Positions 11,301 through 24,988 of a stretch of DNA of 64,000 bases are shown in pieces. This DNA is from Cirrosporium novae-zelandiae (lineage: Eukaryota). Position 1 is the stretch's first letter. Each line of letters begins with the position of its first letter. Location of the stretch: contig JAPETS010000013.1 in the NCBI GenBank assembly GCA_026023565.1, forward strand, positions 124,001 to 188,000, written 5' to 3'. Made by a program: the position numbers and the translations under genes. A model generated the notes under the pieces. That model saw only the letters and a list, made by a program, of their open reading frames with translations, was not told the origin of the DNA and did no database searches.

Positions 11301-13260
11301 ATTTATATTTTTTTATTTAGATGCGTAGGGAGGGAGAGAAGTAAATAAATATAAAGGAGAAGGGAAAGAAAAAGGGAGGAAAATATAAAAAAAAGAGGGG
11401 GATGTATGTATGTATATATATATATATAAAACCTCTAAGCCCCCTCCCTCTTCTCTCCTCCCTTTCCCAGACCTAATATAACTTAACCTACTTTCTTTTT
11501 TTTCTTTTTTTTTTTCTTTTTCTTTCTTTTTTTTTTTCTTTTTTCTTTTTTCTTTTTCTTCTTTTTTTCTTTTCTTTTTTTTCTTTTTTCTTTCCCTTTT
11601 CCTTTCCCTTTTCACCTATCTTAGCTTAACTATTTATACTCCTCCTCCTCCCCCCTTTCCTTCCCCACCACATCCATACCACATCCATATCCATATCTAT
11701 ATCTATACCTCAAGGATCCCCCCCCTCCCCCTCCCCCTCCTAAGCCAAGTTTAGACTCTAGTCTAGTCTAAATCCTCAATCTATTTTAATTTTATCCAAT
11801 ATCCAATATCAAACACACACCTAAAAAAAAAAATATTTTTTTTGGCTTATTTATTTGAGACTTGAGCCCTATATATATGTATCCCATAGGGCGTTTATAA
11901 CAGTAACATTGTATTTTTTTTTTATACTTTTTTATTCCTAGCAGTAGAACCCCCCCCCCCCCCCACGAGTATTCCTACTACTTCTTAAATTTAATTGATA
12001 TAAACTTAATAATGGTTTAGAAGGGGTAATGAAAAAAGTAAACAATAACTGAGAGTTCAAAAAAAAAGGGGGGGGGGGGGGGTAAAAGTAGATGATACTA
12101 GTTATGGCGGTGATAAAAAGGAAGAAGAAGAAGAGCTCATGACCCATAACCCATGACCCATGTAGAACAAATCCGTAAAGTTAGGGATTAGTGGCTAGTG
12201 GGGGTTATAAAATATAAAGGTATAAAACTATAACCAACGCCCCTCATTCTCCATTCTCTATTCTTTTGTTACATCTTTCCTGAATCAAAAGGTTCCGTGT
12301 GAATACTAGTATTAGTATTAGTATTGGTTGGTATTCCTTCTATTTTTCTTCACCCCTCTTGCTTCTATCCCCCTGTCCCCCCATCCCCCATCCCTTAATG
12401 ACAACAATACTAATATCAATTAGTAAATAAAGTCAAACGAAGCGAATGAACAATCACGTAATTATATTTTTATTTCTTGTTCTTGTTCTTTGTTTTTTGT
12501 TTCTTTGTGATATTTTTTTTCCGTTTTCCGTTTTCCGTTTTTTGGTATTTGGGTTTTGAGGGTTTGGGAGAAGGGTGGGTGGTGAGTGGTGAGGATGAGT
12601 GTTGCGGATTGAGGACTGAAGAAGAAGAAGATGATGATGATAAAATAAAGGTAGATTAGTAGCAATAACAACAATAATAAGTAACAGGTAATACCCCATC
12701 TATCCACCACATTCTCATCCCCACCACTCCCACCACTCCCAGCATTTTCCGTTCTAATGAAACTAATCACCTGATAATTAACAATGGGACAACCAACCAT
12801 ATCCCCTTTTTGTATTTCTATTTCTTTGTTTTTTTTCCTTTTATTTTTTGTCTTTGTTTCCCCTTCGGTACGAACCAACCCTATTTAACGTTTAAGAGAA
12901 AGAGAAAAGGGAAATGAAAAAATAATGATGATGATGGTGGTGGTGGTGGTGGTGACGGAGATGGAGGATATGATTATATAGTATAAGAGATAGGGAGAAA
13001 AGAGAGAATGTAAAAAGAAAAGGAAAGAAAGTACAAGAAAAGAAAGAAAAGAAAAAAAATCTTTCCATTCATGTTAATCTAGTTTGATTGATTGGCACTG
13101 CATCGACTTGACTTGCATTGACTCGAGACTCGATATATCTAACTAGATAGCCAGATCAAAAAAAAAAAAAAAAAAAAAAGGAATCTCAAACAAAGGAATA
13201 GTGTACTTTATAGACAAGTACTGTGTATATGTGTACAAATACAATACGAAAAAAAAACTC
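8340..13260. repeat. ~4.9-kb low-complexity, microsatellite-rich intergenic block
   Basis: (GAGAA)n ~8935-8963, (CTAC)n ~10270-10298, (AAAAAG)n ~10392-10443, (GGGATT)n ~10928-10960, (GGAT)n ~11130-11157, (AC)n ~11255-11287 and poly-A/T/G/C runs; only low-complexity ORFs. Confidence 0.9.
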
Positions 13261-13611
13261 CGATATTTTATCTTTATCCAGAAATCCATACATCCAATTG
13301 GTCTTGGATTTCAAATGATAGTCCTCATCCTTTTGAATGAATCGAAGATTGTACACACAAAAAAAATGTGATTGACGCCGGTCCAGGTCGCTCCCCGTCA
13401 GTTAGACAAAAAACACAATAATCATATCCTTTATAACTTTAATAGAAATCCCCTTCCCCAAATCCGTTTCCGAAATACCGATGAATGCTTAGTTACATAT
13501 GCAACAAATCTTTATCGATGCCTTGGCGTATAATACGTTGCAAGGATATCTTCAACCGTTGCCTCTGTTTCCGATGCCTCTGCACTATAATTGCTAGCAG
13601 TGTCGCCTTCA

Positions 13612-16065
13612 TCACTCATAGCCCGCTCCCCGTTGCCATGGACTTGCATTATTTTGAGACCTATATCCCCCGTTCTGGGGTCGATATTGTTGGGGAGGCC
13701 CTCCGTATCCCTGCGATGCTCCAGTGTGGCCGGATTGCATGCTCCCCAGCCGGACGTCGTTGGTTGATTGTGTGTCGGTATACCCTCCGTACGGATTCGG
13801 ATTGTAACTGGGATTTCCTGATCTTGATGAGGTTTCGCTTGGAAAAAGCGGCACCGATGGATCGATAGGAGACACTGGCGCTTGGTTTGATGGCGGTTGG
13901 CGAAGACCACCCGAGGCTGCCGTTTCTTGGCCTTGGGAGCGATTCATCGACTCCGACGAGTACGAGCCTTCATCCTCATCGAGATCACGCGTCTTATACG
14001 GAGCTTTGTAGTCACCTCGAGCGGTAGCACCAAGGGCATCCAGTTCCGTTGTCAGTTGACCGTTGGACTTGATAAAGGAGCCCCGATCATCGCGCATTGG
14101 TTGGTATCGGTTGTCAGGATTCTTTGAGAAGATGGCATATACGGATGCCACCAGAACGGTAACCAGAAGAACGGTGGCAAATACCGCATTTAGAACAAAA
14201 AAGACAACACCCATTACACCGGTAACAAGTCCCTGGTCAGATTAGTACATGTTCCAACAACAGAAGAAGTGTACATACCGGTTGGCCAAATATCGACGTG
14301 AAAACAAGGAGAAATAGAACATTGACAAAGTTGATTGCAAAAATAGCAATATTGAAAATGTTCGTCTTCTTGTCCATATATGGCCGCAGGACGCTGACGC
14401 CGATGAGACCTAGCGCCTCAATGATGACCAAGGCAACTGCTTGAACGGTCCCTACCGTCTGACCAAAGGCAACAAAAATCGCCTTGAGCATAATGTGGAT
14501 GAGGGTTGGGACGACAAAGTAATATGCTGTTGCTCGATACTGGACGTAAAGAAAACCCCATTTGTTCAATGCAGCCGGGTCGGAGTAGAGGATGTAGGCC
14601 GGGTTCTTGTGCAGAATTACCGAACGCTTCGCAATATATATCACCTTCAGCGCTGCCCAGGTAAGGAGCACGGTCGTGAAAATGAAGAAAAATATTGCGA
14701 CCACAACCTCGGCCGCGGAATCACGCTGTGTCAGTTCCCAGAGGTCCAAAATACACATTTGTGGATAAGCAATCAAAACCTGACGCGGTTAGTCCTATAG
14801 TGTCTCGCCCACGCAATGCACTCACAATTCTGAATAAAATCCCCTTCAAGACGACCTTCCAACCATTTCTAAAATCTTGAAATTTATCCGTCTTCATCGC
14901 ACCCATCTTGACCAGAGCTTCAGAGCCAAACTTGAAGACAACAACTCCGAAAATGACCAAGACCACAAAAGCAACGGTAAAGATCATACCGGTCATGAAA
15001 ATGTTGGTGGATTCAATGTCTGCTCGGAAGCCAACTCTTTTGATTCCTCGGACAATGACGGTGGTTGTGGTTTCGGCAACGCTGCTGTCGCTGTTGGTTC
15101 TTTTCTGCAAATCAAAGGCGCGCTGGACCAGATTGCGAACGGCCACGGCGGATCGCTTGACACTCCTGAACTTTTTGTCAACCTCCACCGAAGTCGTTGA
15201 CAAGGTGGAGAGCGTCGTAGAGGCCGTACCCCCGGTGGCTGTCTGATACCATGTAGCAATATTCTGAATAAATCCAATGTGAATAATTCCCATGGCCCAC
15301 TGAAAGTTTTGAGTCCATGATGCAACAATGGGCGGGAGTGAGACTGCCGTCATTCCGATCATGGCCTGGGCTTGAAAAAAACTGAAGAGTGAGAGAGCAT
15401 TGGCTGCAACATGGGCGGCCGTGTTTGAATTACCCAAACCGGATGTGATTGCAGATACCACGAGAGCAAGACCTGCAATAACTGCCGTGGCCCATCCTAC
15501 GGCCTTTTGGTTCACGGTTTTTCCGTTTGATAGATCTGCTTCCATACACGCGACGCACTCTCCCGTGTCCGTATTGTTGATATAAATTTTAACAACTCCG
15601 TCGAGATCAGGAACCGTGTATGCGATGCCTGTTACCCTTAGCATGACCATCCCACAATGGAGCGAATTTCATCATACCTGGAATATTACTTATCACGGAG
15701 TCCGAAACTTCCAGGTTGGATTCAATGTTAATCTGGCCAGTATTCATCGGACACATTCCACTCAGGTCCATGGAGCAGGGATCCAAGGTCTCCGAGAGAA
15801 TATTATACCCGTAGGCAATGACCTGGAGCTCAGCCGTGACATTTCCTGATATGGATGACACTCCCACAATATCAAACGAAATGGTGTTATTATCTGGGGT
15901 GAATACAACATTAAATAGCGAAGCCGTGAAACTCGAGTTGTCCATGCATGTGTTGAGTGACGAGGACTCGATTAATCGGGTCGCACTAGTAAAAGGCAAA
16001 AAGGCCAGAAGAAAGGTAAGGAAAAGCATTGTCGGCCGTGAGGTCCAAGTCCAGGATAATCGCAT
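13612..16065 (-). CDS. FLC-family (flavin carrier / Pkd2-like TRP-like) membrane protein with N-terminal ML-like domain (exons 16065-15678, 15628-14826, 14779-14279, 14232-13612)
   Basis: Signal peptide, SSSLNTCMDNSSFTASLFNVVFTP, IPGIAYTVPDLD, ACMEADLSNGKTV, WTQNFQWAMGII, LNKWGFLYVQYRA, RYQPMRDDRGSFIKS, C-terminal PWQRGAGYE; three GT-AG introns. Confidence 0.92.
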
Positions 16066-16589
16066 CTTGAAAGAAGGTGTGTTTTTTTTTTGGATAAAGG
16101 AATGGTGATGGATCAGTTCAACGGACGAAGGAGACTGTCAAGAGAGGCCGAGCTTCGAGGTAGTTGGCCAGGAGGGCCTCTAGATTGCGAAGGGTTGATG
16201 GGTGTATGATTGAAATGTCGCAACCGGATATTCGATCTTCCTTCCACGAGATGGACAGTTTGTATATGTGAGGATCGGAAGTTGGTTGTGGTAACACCCG
16301 GTCAACTGATTGATTGCGTCGTCAGGGCGCAAAGGTGGATTGGTGGTTAGGTGAAGACTATTTCAAGTAACCGTCGTTCATGTCATGATAAGATTGTAAT
16401 GTAAAAAGGTGAATAAGTTGGCGACAATAGTTTTTTAGTTGGAAATGAAAGAAGGCGTCACTTGATTGAAATCGGTAAACCGGGGGAAGAAAGGGAGATT
16501 TGATGAAAGGTTAAAAAGTCAAGCGAGGGGCGACTGTCTGGGTCAACAACGAGAGATTGTTGTTTCGGGTGGTTGATGTTGACACAAGA

Positions 16590-17021
16590 GACAGTAAGTT
16601 AATTGACCACGGGGGTGGGAAGGTAGTTGGTGGTGGTGGGTGGTGGTGGTGGAGGAGGAGAAGGAGGAGGAGATTGTGGGTGTGTGTGTAGATTATTGAA
16701 AAGGATGATGGATGATGGATGATGGATGATGGGGATGGATACAGCGGAGAACGGATTACGGATTGCGGATTGCGGAATCAAGGAGAGGTAGATGGACAGG
16801 TGGGTTAGTAGGCAGTGGTAGTGGTAGTGGTAGTGGTAGTGGTAGGTAATAGGTAGTACGGTACCTAGTTGTTCATTAGTTCAAGTTACGAGTACGGCAG
16901 GATGACCCAGATGATTAACCTCAGGGGGTCTGGTCCTTTATTCTGATGGATTTGCTATGCATTGCTTATGTATTTATGATGTACCTGGGTATTTATGGTA
17001 TTTATGGTATTTATGGTATTT
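16590..17021. repeat. Short microsatellite block ((GGT)n, (GATGGAT)n, (GTGGTA)n, (GGTATTTAT)n)
   Basis: Tandem repeats directly visible between the noxB 3' end and the FLC promoter. Confidence 0.85.
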
Positions 17022-17723
17022 GTTACCATACCGATTACACCCATATACTTTTTATCCCAGCAAATATAATCAAATAAAACACGAATACGGACACCTTCAG
17101 AACATCCCAAGCATTCTGAGCGTCAAGTGCTGTCACAACAAAGTCTGAATGTCTTCATCTCTTCATTAGCTGTTTGCAACCCGCCCAATTCCTTGGTTGT
17201 CAACCATACGAATTCTTACATTTAATCCCCGCAAGCACCACCAAGCATAGCCACAAAATCAATCAACTAAAAATGCTGCATTCTTGCGACACGCAATGGT
17301 CAACTAATCAACTGCCTGCACTCTCAAACTTGGACGCGCCATCAAATTGGCATTAAGCATGGACCATCCCATAGACCCCCATAGCGCTTCCAAATATGGA
17401 ACATCTGTCACTTAAATCTCAAACCAATCATCCCCCCAACATTATGAGAAATCACCACATTTCTCAAACACACCACCCCAAAACTCTACCCATGCCTACG
17501 GCTAAAAGTCTTCCTTTCATTTACGAACCATCTGCCTATCCTGGTCGTGAATGATGACATTGTGTATAAACTATGTATTTATCCTTTAAAAAAATATAAC
17601 TAGGTAACTAATCAAACCAAACCCATGTTGATCACCATCAACAGTGCTTCATATCATTCCTTCTCCACCTTTTCTTATCCACCGTTGCTTGAGTCGAGAA
17701 TCTTGACCAGCAAGTCCATCCAT

Positions 17724-19868
17724 CTAGAAATTTTCTTTTCCCCACACAAAACTAACTCCTTCTTTGGGATCGCTGTGCGCATTGCATCTGGTGTGCAATT
17801 GATGTCCTAGCCCTTTCGGTCCGCAGAAAAACGTCCCAACCTCAGATCCCGGCGAATGAATCTTGCCAATGCACCTGAACACTCGGTCCCAGTTTGGTCG
17901 TCCAAAGTTGGTAGGCGTTCGTAGACCCGTAATCGCGTCTGATGTGTTGCCTGCATCCGAGAGCATGATGTTGGTTGCGTCCGACGCATTGATTTTGGCC
18001 GTAAGGTACTAGCCACGGTTAATCATCACGTACAAATGAATCGGAAATAAAAACATACTGTATGAATTTCAATGTGCTCATCCATATCTTGCGCTTCAAT
18101 CGCAAGCAGCAAACTTCGGAACCACTCAAAGCTCCCAAAATCTCTAGCCACCCAGAAGAAATACACCTTGCGGAGTCTCGTCTTCTGCGTCGGATACATC
18201 ATCCGGTACCAGATACTCTTGAGAATTGATGCAAAGGGAGTCACTCCAATTCCTGCCCCGACTAGAAGTACGGTGTCAAACTTGAAGACATCTTCCGACG
18301 CGCTGCCAAATGGTCCGTCGATATAGATACGAGGAAGAATTCGACGAATCGAAGGGTCCACATCATCAGGGGCGTTGTTGGTGTTTACAGCAGCCACCAC
18401 CCCGGCCTTGTCGTTATCTTTGCTTTCAAACGTACACCCAAGGGTTCGAGCTAGAGCATTGGTAAAGTTGCCGACGCAGCGGATATGCACAGAAACGTAA
18501 TCTTCTTCGGGGGCGCTGGTGAGTGTAAAGGGATGGTATTGCCAGACGGAAACCTCTGGACAGCAAAGGAAGATATACTAAACGTGAACTGTGAGTTCCA
18601 AGTCCGAGGTTAAAGGATGAGACAACATACCTGGCCCGCTCTGGTTTTGATATTGTCCTTCTTGATCTGAATTTCCACAACTTTGCTTGGATGCTGAATA
18701 ACTTTTGAGATGACCGTCTTGTGCCTACCCCGTACTTCTCTCAAGATTCTTTCCAACAAGTAGATGGAAGCGCCATATATCCAATACTGGTAAAATACCC
18801 CAATCCCCCTGCAGAATGGTGCAAAGTCGGGTTTGATCATACAGAAAGCTCCATGTATCGACCAGAACATGAAGAACACGACGAAAAGATGATGAGTATA
18901 CCAGAATCTCTCGAAATTTGCTCGGCGAAATCGCTCAATGGACGTAAACACCATAGCCATGAGCGCAAAGAGCATGACATAACCGGACCAGCCGGGGCCA
19001 GTAACAAAGTTTGCGAGGAGGAATCCTTTGAATCCAAGACCAACCTTGGCAGATAATTGGGCAAAGTTATTCCAATGGGCGATTGTGTGAACCCAGCTGA
19101 AGAATACGATTGACCACGCAACCACTAAATCGGTTAGATACTATCGGTAGAGGTGGAGGGGTCACAAACATTTGTGGAATGTAATATTTTTGTCTGTCTC
19201 CGTTAGCAAAAGTATGCAGGTCAAGATTAGGTGGCATACCGAATTGAATTATCCCATTCAATGGGGTTTGTCGTAGAAGAGAAATGAGCGTTCGGCAAAC
19301 AGCTGAAATAAATCAGCACGGAACCATTTCCAGGTTGGCTGATACTCACGAAATAAAACTAGTGCAATATCAAAGTGAAGGACCAGCGCTGCAGCCCTAG
19401 CAATTGGATATGTGATACCAAATGTTGCGCGTGCTCCTGTCAAATTGTCCTGCAAGAATCAGTCTGCTGCCGGTATCAAGGGATGGGGTCAAAGAACCTT
19501 GATATCATAATTCATAAATCCAAAGGCATAGATCATAGCATGCACGAGCATAAAAACAAACACCGTTCTAAATTCTGTCAGAAGCATCCATGGCAATTAT
19601 TTCAGAAACCATACAATCGTCGATATCCTTCGTTGACCATCCTAGAGCAAGCTTAGCAGATGGGTGTCTGAATGATTGGCTTAACATACCAGCGATCGAG
19701 CTTCTCAAAAGGCTTCAGTTCTCTCGGAGAATCCCCACTCATATCCCCAGACATCAACATGCGAGTCAACGGCGGCCATCGCGATCTCTCTGACTTTTCC
19801 GAGTACAAACTACTATTTTCATAGTAGGAGCCAGTCTTTTCATTGTAGAACCCTCCTTTCTCAGACAT
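17724..19868 (-). CDS. noxB: NADPH oxidase catalytic subunit (gp91phox homolog), NoxB/Nox2 type, multi-exon
   Basis: N-terminal extension RSRWPPLTRMLMSG..LDRWMVNEGYRR typical of fungal Nox2; heme His motifs (WVHTIAHW, FWYTHHLF); QYHPFTLTSAPEEDY, IDGPFGSASED, GAGIGVTPFASILKSIW, FFCGP and terminal KENF. Confidence 0.93.
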
Positions 19869-21043
19869 TGTGCGAATAATCTAGAGAAGCTATTATAATT
19901 CTTAATTCACTGAAAGTATGAAGAGCCTGCTTCAACAAGATGCAAGAAGAGAAGGGTAAAGCTCTGGTGGTGGTATTTTGCCGATGGTATCGCAAGGAAC
20001 AGTGCAGGCCCAAGTTATAGAATATAAGTAACGATAAGAAAAGGAGACCAGAAAAGTCTAACGATGAAATATCAGCAAGTTCAGACGAGTCTATAAACGA
20101 AAGGAATCAATATGCTTTCATCCCGCAAAGGTAAATAACACTTCAATATAAGATGGATGTACAAGGGAGAGCGTATATTAGAGGTTTGACTCTCAAAAGA
20201 CTTCAAGGAGAACGGGAGATGAATAGTGGATATGACTGGAGATAGCCTTGGGAAATAACAAGACCTGCATCCATTTCGGAAAAGCAAATGGTTTGAGAAC
20301 GTTTTGAGCGTTTTGGATTGGCAAGTTCTAACGATGTCTGCATCTACTGGCGCAAAACCCTACGATACAGATGCATTTTTGAAGAATGTGTTGCATAAAG
20401 TCTGGGCGAGAAGGGTCTTTCGCCGTACATGCGTTTGGTAGTCAACAACCTCCTGTTTGAAGGGGGGGTCCGATAGCAATGGCTCCAAAGGCGATTGGAA
20501 GATTGATCAAGATATCAGTTTTGATTCTGGTGCAGAGTTTGCTTGTTACTGAGGATGGCCAATGCCGTCAGTCTCGGAAATGTATCAAGGTTAGATCTGA
20601 AACACCATGGGGTTCCTTATTTTATGCATACACGGCATAACCACTCGACAAGACCAGCACTTTTTGGGACAAATCCAACGACCCCAGCGGATTCGTCAAT
20701 CCTTCATCCCTTCAAGGCTACAACGTGCAAGTCAACCAAAATCGGATAATATTGGAGGCCGGCAATGGGTCGAACCAGGCATCTCGGGACATGGTCAGGC
20801 TGCAAGGCTGGTTGCCCCGCATTTTGCCAACTTCACCAGGGATGGTTATCAACAACAATTTATTTAAAGAAATATATTTCATGGATTCAAATCCTCTCTA
20901 TCGTCATCGGTATACACGGCAGAGCTAGAACTTGGTCGTCATGAGAAAATATCGCTGGACTTTGATATAAAATAGATCTCTATTCCTAGCAAGGTACTGT
21001 ACACAATAAAGATCCCATAGTTAATAAACATCTACCATCTATT

Positions 21044-21808
21044 ATGGTACACATTCAAAAGGGCTCCCCGCCCTCGATCCTTTATGCCTATTTGACCTCT
21101 CCGCAACCTCTACAGGTGCTCGATCAAGTTCACCATGATTTCGCCATTGGGTCTTTTGCCCGATTTGATCCTTCTGTTGAGCTTTTCATATGCGATCGTC
21201 CCGAATTCTATGGTAAACCCCACGTGGAAATCCGCCAGAAGCTTGACGAAGAAGGCCTCCAAGACGCCTTTCTCGTTATCGAGGACAGGACAACAGACAG
21301 CAACGCCGTTTGGTATATTGAGAGGACCAGCCATGCAGAATCTGCCAGCGAAGACGACGAATTTGTCAAACATGGGAACGAGCCTCCGCTGCTGAGGTTG
21401 CGTATCAAGACGAGAGACGTCCCTCTTACACACGTCAACTACGAGATTGCCAACACAGACATTGTCGAGGACATTGAGGATTGGCCTTTTGATTCACACG
21501 CAGACCAAGAACCGTGGACACTTGGAGTGGATTTTGAGGCTGACCTCAGTTGGGTACCTGATGCTTATATTACTGCCCCGCCTGACGAGGTGGAGACGGT
21601 CACAGACATGGAACAAAGGAAGAACTTTTTAACTGGGGGAAAACATCCTGATAGCGTATCAAGGGTCAAGCCAGAGGTGGCTCAAGAAGCAGGATTGATA
21701 TCTAGATTCGCTGCGGGTAGTCTCAACGCAGATGGGCTTTGGCATCTTCAAGCAAAGTATGACACAGAGTCGGAGAAATGGAAAACATATGTACCATTGC
21801 AACATTGA
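21044..21808 (+). CDS. Hypothetical acidic protein, 254 aa, intronless
   Basis: Open ATG-started ORF with globular-looking composition and an upstream TATA-like element (GATATAAAA ~20964). Family not recognised. Confidence 0.7.
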   Translation: MVHIQKGSPPSILYAYLTSPQPLQVLDQVHHDFAIGSFARFDPSVELFICDRPEFYGKPHVEIRQKLDEEGLQDAFLVIEDRTTDSNAVWYIERTSHAESASEDDEFVKHGNEPPLLRLRIKTRDVPLTHVNYEIANTDIVEDIEDWPFDSHADQEPWTLGVDFEADLSWVPDAYITAPPDEVETVTDMEQRKNFLTGGKHPDSVSRVKPEVAQEAGLISRFAAGSLNADGLWHLQAKYDTESEKWKTYVPLQH

Positions 21809-22113
21809 ATATCTAGTCATCGAACGTCTAAACCAGGAGAGAAAATCACCAGTTAGATATTGGATTCAATGTAATAAGCATCACATTCGTCAAGGATAAT
21901 GCTATTTCGCCATTGTGCGCCACCATTTATCATAGCTGGAATGCATCATAAGGAATCAAGGTTACCGAGACATGTCTGAACCTCTTTGCACCGAGCAACA
22001 AGAGCAAAGTACCAAGAGGCTCTCCATAAGGTCTCTATTACAGCCTATCGCCGAAACATGTTTATCTGACCTATGCCTCGTTTCAGTTTCAAGAGCATAG
22101 CCGACCAGTCACA

Positions 22114-22915
<802 letters not shown>

Positions 22916-23557
22916 GCTGATATGAAAAGGATGTTATATGAAGAGTTGGGGGTTGAAAGATTTGGAGGGGTTGATTGTGAGCGAGGGTGGAGATTGCAAG
23001 TGGACTGATGGACTGAAGAAGAGGGGGTTAGTAGGTTTAAATAGTTTTCCAGACAAGATAGAATCTGTTGAAGGGTGAATCAGGATAACAGATGTCGAAG
23101 ATGGGATAGACTTACTGGGCTTGAGGGTGAATGAAAAGGTCTTAGTCTTGATGTTCCAACGAGGTTGAAGGGCTTTCAGAGGTGAGTTGTCCGTTGCTTG
23201 GGAAGAGGGTCGAGGCAGAGAGCCAGCCAGGGAGGGCAGGCAAGCGAAAAAGCCTTGACTAGTGCCCCTCGTTCCTTCGAAATCGCCACGGGAATTTGTG
23301 CCCAATAAACCTGATCGAATCTCACCTCCACCCTCACTCTTCTATTGATAGATATACAGAGGTACAGAATTTTTATCATTAAGCTTTTTTTCATGATTAC
23401 GAGCATTTCCTTTTGAACACTGTGATTAATTGATGCTCATGGAAGAATGCTAAAACTACCGACATCGTCTAGCAAAAACCAGGTGATCTGTGAGCATGAT
23501 TGATGGATGAGAAATGATTAGCAAAGAATATCCTACGTTGCCACCCGTGACCATGAC

Positions 23558-24988
23558 CTATACAAATGCCTGGATCCCGGTTATTGCCCTTCCCAATATC
23601 AAGCCTGAGAATTATTTATTAATATCAAATCTGCCAATAACCCACCAGAATTCAGCGTTACTTACTATGAATATCACTTTGACCTTCATAAGTTTGGGTG
23701 ACAAATAAATTCGCGACATGTCTTCCTATATGATATTCATCACTGACGGCATTCCCACCAAAGATTTCTTGTAAACTAGCGACACGATGATTAGTATCGC
23801 TTCACTGTGTTTCACAGCCAACTTACGCTCTGGCGTTGACTAATGCCCTATCACAATTTTGCCGTTTGATCATTGAAATCATCTCAGGGGCTACTTTCCC
23901 ATCATCTTTGAGGCGGCCAACTTGAATGGCCGCAAGTATACCATACGAGGCATCCGTGACTGCGTCTGAGAGTTTCTTTTGGACTAATTGATATTTCGCA
24001 AGTGGGTTATTCTTAAACTGTCTTCTCTCCAAGGCGTAGGTTCTTGCACGATCAATGCAGTCCTGGAGTGCTCCCATGGTCCCCCAGGCAATACCATATC
24101 TAGCCGAGTTCAAGCAGCTAAAGGGACCTTTCAAGCCTTCCACCTCTGGAAACATATTTTCTTCTGGGACGGGACAATCGTCGAGCTGAATCATACCGGT
24201 GATGGATGCTCGAAGCCCATTTTTATTTTTGATGGCAGGAGTTTCGAGGGTCCCGGGAGGACATTTCTCTCGCTCAATCAGAAACCCTCGGATTTTACCA
24301 GTGCTCTCTAGTTTTGCCCAAACCATTATAACATCTGCAATGGGAGAGTTCGTGATCCACGTCTTAGACCCTGATATCGAGAAATAACCACTTTTGGAAG
24401 GATGGGGCCTTGCTATCGTTTCCATGGACCCAGGGTCTGACCCATGGTTTGGTTCAGTTAGCCCAAAACAACCCCGTAGTTTTCCTTTTGCCATCTTTGG
24501 TAGATATTTTTCTTTTTGTTCCTGGGTCCCAAACTCGTCAATGCCGCCCATGACTAGCGAACTCTGGACAGACATTCCTGACCGGTAGCCAGAATCGACG
24601 CGCTCAACTTCATGAGTGATGAGACCCGATGCAACTGTACTTACACCGGCGCAATCGTAGCCTTTTATAGTTGCCCCGAGAAGTCCCAATTCACCCATCT
24701 CCTCGAGAATCTTTGGATCATAATTTTCATGGCGATATGCGTCTAGCTTGTCAGGTTAGCATCTGATGGTGACACATATGACTGAGTCATACCCAAGACT
24801 CTTGGAAGTAAGCGTTCTTGGCAATATGAGCGGGCCGTTTCCTGAATAGCCAACTCTTCCTCTGTAAGCAGACTCGACGAGGTTAAAGGATCTTCCCAAC
24901 TGAAAGGGACAGGAGTATGCGCATATCGTCGTCCAAGAGCAACAGATCTCACTGGTCGTGGAGCTCGACGTAGAAGGCTTCGATACAT
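23558..24988 (-). CDS. Mitochondrial glutaryl-CoA dehydrogenase, 4 exons
   Basis: Arg-rich presequence, [70 protein letters not shown]; spliced tail [50 protein letters not shown]. Confidence 0.95.

Noticed and set aside
8379..12878. Many 60-140 aa ORFs (poly-K, poly-F, YIYI, WMDG repeats)
   Set aside because: Translations of microsatellites with no domain content; the same holds at 30-32 kb, 38-40.5 kb and 53-54 kb.
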